From positions 1,160,995 to 1,224,994 of the forward strand of contig NC_016940.1 of NCBI RefSeq assembly GCF_000250635.1: a DNA stretch of 64,000 nucleotides, given 5' to 3'. This stretch comes from Saprospira grandis str. Lewin (GTDB taxonomy: Bacteria > Bacteroidota > Bacteroidia > Chitinophagales > Saprospiraceae). Of this stretch, positions 58,349 through 64,000 are shown piece after piece (positions within the stretch are counted from its first letter, which is position 1; every line of letters starts with the position of its first letter). A program made the translations under genes and the position numbers. Under the pieces are notes generated by a model. It did no database searches. It saw only the letters and a list, made by a program, of their open reading frames with translations, and was not told the DNA's origin.

Positions 58349-59107
58349 CTATTTCAGACCCCGCTTTTCACAAATCGTATCATAGGCCTCTTGCAAGCGC
58401 TTAAACTTAGACTCCCCCACTTTCTGAAATTCCTCTCCCAAACTCGCCAAACTATCCGGATGATACTTCTTCACCATCTTGCGATAGGCGGCCTTTAATT
58501 TGGCATCAGAGGCAGAAGGGGGTAACTCTAAGATCTTATAATGGCTGTCCATTTCATCATAAAACATCGCCTTAATCGATACAAAATCACTATGCGGTAG
58601 GTCCAACTCCAAACTAATGCGCTTGATGGTATCCACCTCCACCTGGTCAATACTATAATCTGCATTGGCAATGCCAAACAGAAAATAGAGCATCTGCAAG
58701 CGGGTTTCATAGCTACTGCTCAAATAAATCTGCCGACAAGTTTTGGCCATATCCCAATCTTGCTCTAAGGCGGCACTCAAAATGCCCATATACTCCTGCA
58801 AGTTATCTTGGCCAAACTGCTCGACCAAAAACTTTTGAATATAGCTCAGCTCCAACTCTTCTACCTCTCCATCTGATTTGACCACCGCAGCGGCCAAGAT
58901 GAGGGAGCTCAAAATAAAGTTGGTGCTGTCGTTGGGTTGTGGCAATTGTTTTTTGCGCCTTTTTGGGCCTGCCCCCCCTCCTTTTTGAAGCAGTATATCT
59001 AGAAAAAAGCCAATACCTAAACCCAGTAAAAGACCAATTGGAAAGTAGAGCAAGCCACCCAACAGCAAGCCTAGAATCTTCCCTATATGTTGTTTTAGTA
59101 TCTTCAT
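58349..59107 (-). CDS. DjlA-like membrane co-chaperone (TerB-like region plus C-terminal J-domain)
   Basis: N-terminal TM; C-terminal J-domain YKILELPPSASDAKLKAAYRKMVKKYHPD. Confidence 0.6.
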   Translation of the reverse strand: MKILKQHIGKILGLLLGGLLYFPIGLLLGLGIGFFLDILLQKGGGAGPKRRKKQLPQPNDSTNFILSSLILAAAVVKSDGEVEELELSYIQKFLVEQFGQDNLQEYMGILSAALEQDWDMAKTCRQIYLSSSYETRLQMLYFLFGIANADYSIDQVEVDTIKRISLELDLPHSDFVSIKAMFYDEMDSHYKILELPPSASDAKLKAAYRKMVKKYHPDSLASLGEEFQKVGESKFKRLQEAYDTICEKRGLK

Positions 59108-59112
59108 CTATG

Positions 59113-60144
59113 CTATTTTTTACCCAAGGACCAACTTTGCTGCAGCCACTCACTACTTTTTTGCCACCATTCTACAAAGGGCTGGCTTTTTTCTTCCGTT
59201 TCGGCCAATTGTTCTAAAATGGGTTGTTCGGCGCTGGGGTTTTGCTCTTCGCTCAGGATAGCCAAAAAGCGACTAATCTTGTCTATGGCCTGTTGGGCCT
59301 CGGGGACATAGGCCCAAGCAAACTGCCAAACATGTGGCATGCCCTCCCAAAGGTCGACCCAAATTTTGGCCCCAGCTGCCACCGCTTTTTCTCCTAAGCG
59401 GCGGCTATCATCTAATAAAATTTCATCTGTACCGACCTGGACCAAAATCGGGGCCGTATCTTTCCAGTCTCCAAACAAAGGAGAGACCAAGGGCGACTTA
59501 GGGTCTGCCGAGCCATAATAAGACCTGGCCCAACTGCCCGCATGCTCGGCCCGCAGAATTGGGTCATTTTTTTGGCAACGCTCTAGGCTATCTCCAGACA
59601 AAGTCAGGTCGGTCCAGGGCGAAAGCACTACTGCCCCCAAAGGCTGCGGCAACTCCAAGCTTTTTAGTTTTAGGAGCAAGCTAAGGACCAGCCCGCCCCC
59701 TGCCGAATCGCCCATAAAAAATATATCTTTTGGTCCATAGCCTTGGTCCAATAAATAATGATAGGCAGAAAGGGCATCATTTAGGCCAGCAGGAAAAGGA
59801 TGCTCCGGCGCCAAGCGATAATTTACACTTAAAGCAGGAATACCCGACTGCGAGACAATTTTGCCCACCAAGGCCCGATGTGCCCTAGCCGAGCCCAACA
59901 AAAAGCCCCCACCATGCAGGTATAAAATGACTTTTGGGTTCTTTTCTGCAGCAGGATGACAAAACTCAGCCGAGCAAGTAGGCAGCTCAACTTCTTGGTA
60001 ATGCAAGCCCTTGGGGGCGGGCAAACGACAAAGGGCTTTATCATGCTCTAGGCGCATTCGGTCAATATCATCTAAATAGATGAGACTCATTTGGCGCATG
60101 GCACGCATGGCATATTTTACAAAAGTGGATTGTATACTTGGCAT
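59113..60144 (-). CDS. alpha/beta-hydrolase fold esterase/lipase (HSL/Aes family)
   Basis: LHGGGFLLGS oxyanion motif and FMGDSAGGGL nucleophile elbow. Confidence 0.8.
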   Translation of the reverse strand: MPSIQSTFVKYAMRAMRQMSLIYLDDIDRMRLEHDKALCRLPAPKGLHYQEVELPTCSAEFCHPAAEKNPKVILYLHGGGFLLGSARAHRALVGKIVSQSGIPALSVNYRLAPEHPFPAGLNDALSAYHYLLDQGYGPKDIFFMGDSAGGGLVLSLLLKLKSLELPQPLGAVVLSPWTDLTLSGDSLERCQKNDPILRAEHAGSWARSYYGSADPKSPLVSPLFGDWKDTAPILVQVGTDEILLDDSRRLGEKAVAAGAKIWVDLWEGMPHVWQFAWAYVPEAQQAIDKISRFLAILSEEQNPSAEQPILEQLAETEEKSQPFVEWWQKSSEWLQQSWSLGKK

Positions 60145-60192
60145 AATTCTGACTTAATTAAAGGATGATTCCAAAACGGCAGAGAAAGACGC

Positions 60193-60348
60193 AAATGGCC
60201 CAGCGCTGCGGAGCGGGTGGCCGCAGGCCAGACCAAAGGCAGGCTACGCCTGCCTGCAGGGCCGAGCAGACCTGCGAGCCCCGCAGCATAGCGGCGGCCG
60301 ACCTAGGCGCAGCCTAGCCGGCCGCGGGCCCCAAAAAAAACGAAATCG
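60193..60348. repeat. REP-like mosaic element (reverse)
   Basis: gcagggccgagcagacctgcgagccccgcagcatagcggcggccgacctaggcgcagcctagccggccgcgggcccc. Confidence 0.8.
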
Positions 60349-60492
60349 TATAGGGCTTTAAGTCTTTAGAAACAGAAAAATAACAAAGATAAAGAAGGCA
60401 CAGTTAAAAAATCGGTTATTTTGCTTTTTAGCGCCCCAGTTGCGCCTTATCTTTTGCCAGCTAATTGAGTTTCACCTAATTTAATAGAACTT

Positions 60493-62499
60493 ATGCCAAA
60501 CTTATTAAAACTTGCCCTACTGGCTCTCCTCTTCTTGCCGCTTCATTTGAGCGCTCAAGACTCGGATGGTCTTTATAATGTCAATATGAAATTTTATCAT
60601 CTCGACTTGGATATAGACATCGACAAGCCTCAAATTAAGGGCTCGGTCTATATTGAATTTGTGGCCGTGAAGGACCAAATAGACGAGCTCTACTTGGACC
60701 TTGGCGAGGGGATGAAAATAAGTAAAATTGATGGGGCCAGCGCTTTTGAGCGAGAAGGCGAAGAAATTCTGGTCAAATTATCGGGCCGCCCATTACGCAA
60801 AGAAGAAAGAGGCAAAATTACGGTTCATTATGAGGGCGTTCCGCAAAACGAACAGCTGGATGTAGACGGAGAAACCGTGACCAAGGGCCTATTGGTTAAA
60901 AACCGTGGAAAAGATAAATTTCAGAGTCGCTTAGTGGCCCTAGCGGCCTATCCGCAGGCGGGTTACCGTTGGTTTCCCTGCCGTAGAGGCATTGGCGACA
61001 AAGTCGATTCGGTTTATGTAGATGTGACAATTCCCGTTCGTTTTAGTACGGCTATGGTGCAAGAAAAAGAGCGCAAAATTCCTTATACGGCTGTTTCTAA
61101 TGGCGTTTTGGAAGGGACCGAAATCTTGGAAGATGGCAAAAAAAGAAAGTTCAAATGGCGGCATCGCCACCGCATTGCGCCTCATCATTTGACCGTGGCC
61201 GTTTCTAATTTTGCCAAAATGGAAGTGGAATACAAGGCCAAGGGCTACAGCTTCCCAATCAACTTTTACATCTTTCCCGAGCATCTAGAAGAGGCCAATG
61301 CAACCATCAACCGCTCTAAGGAAATCATGGCTTGTTTGAGCCGCACCTTTGGTCCCTACCCCTACAGAGACGAGGGTTTTAGCGTGATAGAACTGGGCTT
61401 GCCCTTAGGCTTGGACGGTATGCCGACCCAAACCGCCGTTTTGGTCGAAGACCTCAAGAGTTTCCATATGTACCAAGTGGTGCACCAAGCCGCCAATATG
61501 TGGTTTGGCAACCATATTTCGCCCGAGGCTTGGCAGGATGCCTGGATCACCGAAGCCCTAGCCACCTATGCCGAGGCCACTTGGCAGGAGTATAAGCGGG
61601 GGCTCAATGTTTACCAAATCATTTTGGACCAAAAAGAATACTATGAGGGTGGCAAACTCTATCTGGACAATATCAATGAGTACTCTCAAGAACGCCTTTC
61701 TAAAAAGGGAATGTACGTCATTCACATGCTTCGGGGCATGATGGGCGATGAGTATTTTTATGAAACCCTAAAAGGAATTACGGAGCTCAAAAGAGGCAAA
61801 AGCACCTATTTGAGTACCCAGCGCTTTAGAGAAATTTGTGAATATTACGCCAGCGAAAATGAGCCCAAAGACTTTAAATACTTCTTTGACCAATGGGTCT
61901 TTGGCGAATACTACCCCACTTATAAAGTAGAATATGAAAAAAACCGCAGCGGCGTCAACCTTCGGGTCCTACAAGAAAAAGTAGAGGGCCAAAAACAGTT
62001 TTTCGAGATGCCCGCCCGCATCCGTTTTACCCTAGAAGATGGCAGCACGATAGAAAAGGTCGTGCAACTCAAGGCCCTAGCCGATCAAACGATAGAAATT
62101 GAGCTCGATAAAGACTTTAATCAACTTGAGTTCGATCCCTTCAACTGGATTTTTAAAGACCTCCAATATAGCCGAGAAATCTTATCGGGCCGTAGCCCCA
62201 TCGAAAACATGAGCATCAAGACCAGCCAGGGCCGCCGCAAAATTGCCCTCAGTTTTGATAGCCCCAAAAAACAAAATATCGAGATTCAGCTTATCCAGAA
62301 AGCCAATGGCGTAGATATTCTAGAGGACAAAATTCTCCAAAGCCAAGAAATCAAAAAGGTAAAAGGCAAAAAAGAGCTAAGCTTCAAATTGCCTGTTCCG
62401 CCCAAAAGCCGAGGCGTTTTTGAGCTCAAAATTATCGGAAAATCAGATATTTTCTCTAAAACAATTCGCGTGACGCAATTAGAAAAGCGCTTTAAGTAA
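60493..62499 (+). CDS. secreted M1-aminopeptidase-like protein with degenerate zinc motif (HQAAN in place of HExxH)
   Basis: signal peptide; VVHQAANMWFGNHISPEAWQDAWITEALATYAE aligns to M1 HExxHxWFGN..WLNEGFATY but Glu/His replaced. Confidence 0.5.
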   Translation: MPNLLKLALLALLFLPLHLSAQDSDGLYNVNMKFYHLDLDIDIDKPQIKGSVYIEFVAVKDQIDELYLDLGEGMKISKIDGASAFEREGEEILVKLSGRPLRKEERGKITVHYEGVPQNEQLDVDGETVTKGLLVKNRGKDKFQSRLVALAAYPQAGYRWFPCRRGIGDKVDSVYVDVTIPVRFSTAMVQEKERKIPYTAVSNGVLEGTEILEDGKKRKFKWRHRHRIAPHHLTVAVSNFAKMEVEYKAKGYSFPINFYIFPEHLEEANATINRSKEIMACLSRTFGPYPYRDEGFSVIELGLPLGLDGMPTQTAVLVEDLKSFHMYQVVHQAANMWFGNHISPEAWQDAWITEALATYAEATWQEYKRGLNVYQIILDQKEYYEGGKLYLDNINEYSQERLSKKGMYVIHMLRGMMGDEYFYETLKGITELKRGKSTYLSTQRFREICEYYASENEPKDFKYFFDQWVFGEYYPTYKVEYEKNRSGVNLRVLQEKVEGQKQFFEMPARIRFTLEDGSTIEKVVQLKALADQTIEIELDKDFNQLEFDPFNWIFKDLQYSREILSGRSPIENMSIKTSQGRRKIALSFDSPKKQNIEIQLIQKANGVDILEDKILQSQEIKKVKGKKELSFKLPVPPKSRGVFELKIIGKSDIFSKTIRVTQLEKRFK

Positions 62500-62516
62500 T
62501 TCTAATTTATTTTTCT

Positions 62517-62555
62517 ATAGGCTAGTTCTTGATTCAGGACTAGCCTATTTTTTTG
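62517..62555 (+). terminator. rho-independent terminator
   Basis: ataggctagt-12nt loop-actagcctat stem plus TTTTTTT, merging into REP T-run. Confidence 0.75.
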
Positions 62556-62735
62556 GGGCCTGCCGCCTTTGGCGGCCGGGCCCTTGCGGGGCTCGCAGGT
62601 ATGCTCGGCCCTGCGCCGCTTTCAGCGGCTGGGTCTGGCCTACGGCCACCCCTTCAGGCCCCTAGGCCGACGGGCCTTCGGCCCTCTATTTGGCCTTTGC
62701 TTGCGGCGGCTTCGCCGCCTGCAAAACCCAGAAAA
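62552..62735. repeat. REP-like mosaic element (forward, variant)
   Basis: ttttggggcctgccgcc..ggggctcgcaggtatgctcggccctgcgccgctttcagcggctgggtctggcctacggccacc.. Confidence 0.8.
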
Positions 62736-62847
62736 CGAATAGCTAGAATAATTTCAAATCAGAACTAACAATAATAAAAAGCAAATTTCAGCTAATAAAA
62801 TTTTAAATTAGAGGGCAAACCAATTCATCATTACAACCTTATAGTAT

Positions 62848-64000
62848 ATGCGTATACTTTATGCTTTTGCAGCTGCACTTTTGCTCTCTAGTTTTGGTCT
62901 ACAAGCCCAAACGACAGCAGGAGACTGGCTAGCGCTGAAGTCGGGCCGAGAATTTATTGCCGCCGACCTCAGTAGCTTTAGCAGCCCGCAGCAACAAGAT
63001 GTTTATCAAGGCAAGCTGTTTCGCTTGGCCAACTTTAAAGAACTGCCCAACGCCAAAAAACGGGCAGCCATGCAAGACCAAGGCATTGTATTTTTAGAAT
63101 ACTTGCCCAAAAATAGCTACCTGCTTGCTATTCCGAGCCGCCTAACTGTTCAAGATTTAGAAGGCTTTGGTATTCGTGGACTCAAACTGCTCGCTCCCAA
63201 ACATAAAATGGACGCCCGACTAGAGGAGCGTCCATTTCCTATTTGGGCCATGCAAGGGCAAAAACTTAAGCTTTTTGTCCAAATTCATCAAAGCGTCAAC
63301 TGGGAGCAGGCCCTCCAAGAGCTACAAACAGAAGGCTATCCCCTGCTGTTTGTCAACCCCCTAAGTAGAACCCTAGTTACGGCCCTGCCTCCTAGCCAAA
63401 TTGAACAACTGGCCCAAAAACCCTTTGTTCGCTACTTAGACTTACCCTCTGATCCCGGACAGCCAGAATCAGATGATGGCCGTAATCTTCACCGCGCCAA
63501 CCTTATCGATGGCGATTATTATGGGGCCTATGCCTATAATGGCGCTGGCGTGGCCGTCGCTATTAACGATGACGGTTTTGCTGGTCCACATATCGACTTT
63601 AAAGGCCGAGCCAACCAACAAGATGTAGCTGGCGACTTTACTGGCTCTCATGGCGATATGACCGTGGGCATTGTGGGTGCCGCAGGAAACCTAGACCCTG
63701 TAATGAGAGGAATGGCCCCGCATGCTTATTTGCACGTTCGCCAATATAATAGTAGCCTGCCTGGCACGGTGGCTCTCCACCAAGATAGCGCCGTCATGGT
63801 TTTCTCTAGCTCTTATTCTAATGGCTGTAATGCGGGCTATACCACCCTAGCCAGAACCGTGGACCAAGAGATCTATAGCAACCCTAGCCTCATTCAGGTC
63901 TTTTCGGGCGGAAATAGCAACGGCAGTGACTGTGGCTATGGCGCTGGTAGCCAATGGGGAAATATTACTGGAGGCCATAAAGTAGGAAAAAATGTCTTGG
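62848..64000 (+). CDS. secreted subtilisin-like serine protease (peptidase S8), 5' partial, continues beyond window
   Basis: ATG62848 MRILYAFAAALLLSSFGLQAQ signal peptide; VAVAINDDGF Asp motif and GSHGDMTVGIVGA His motif; no stop before window end. Confidence 0.7.
   Translation, partial: MRILYAFAAALLLSSFGLQAQTTAGDWLALKSGREFIAADLSSFSSPQQQDVYQGKLFRLANFKELPNAKKRAAMQDQGIVFLEYLPKNSYLLAIPSRLTVQDLEGFGIRGLKLLAPKHKMDARLEERPFPIWAMQGQKLKLFVQIHQSVNWEQALQELQTEGYPLLFVNPLSRTLVTALPPSQIEQLAQKPFVRYLDLPSDPGQPESDDGRNLHRANLIDGDYYGAYAYNGAGVAVAINDDGFAGPHIDFKGRANQQDVAGDFTGSHGDMTVGIVGAAGNLDPVMRGMAPHAYLHVRQYNSSLPGTVALHQDSAVMVFSSSYSNGCNAGYTTLARTVDQEIYSNPSLIQVFSGGNSNGSDCGYGAGSQWGNITGGHKVGKNVL

Overview
This 64-kb window has a gene content typical of Bacteroidota: DUF4954-type GlmU-like protein, ExbB with an acidic N-terminal extension, bactofilin, YfhO and many lipoproteins. 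The Saprospiraceae-like attribution is only a weak inference. It carries about 58 protein-coding genes, mostly on alternating strands. Recognisable housekeeping genes are metK, msrB, a Rel/SpoT (p)ppGpp enzyme, sppA, a BioF-family PLP enzyme, hppD and mevalonate-diphosphate decarboxylase. There is also an exbB-exbD-exbD cluster. The heat-shock locus grpE-dnaJ ... dnaK is split by 4.5 kb of accessory DNA. Three tRNAs are present: Ser-GGA, Pro-GGG and Phe-GAA. Three IS3-family insertion sequences are present: two near-identical 1.48-kb copies, one of them frameshifted, and one unrelated 1.17-kb element. The dominant non-genic signal is a very dense family of GC-rich modular REP-like elements, about 20 copies in both orientations, filling almost every intergenic gap. 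Many single-copy spurious ORFs in the supplied track fall inside them. Other repeat structures include a 41-bp x 7 tandem array of palindromic sites in an AT-rich island, a 21-bp x ~22 minisatellite next to an IS copy, and a second ~145-bp repeat family. The most system-like novelty is a tandem array of five paralogous ~105-aa membrane proteins with a conserved C-terminal DILDADI tail; the fifth is cut by an IS. A bactofilin gene translationally overlaps a polysaccharide-deacetylase gene.
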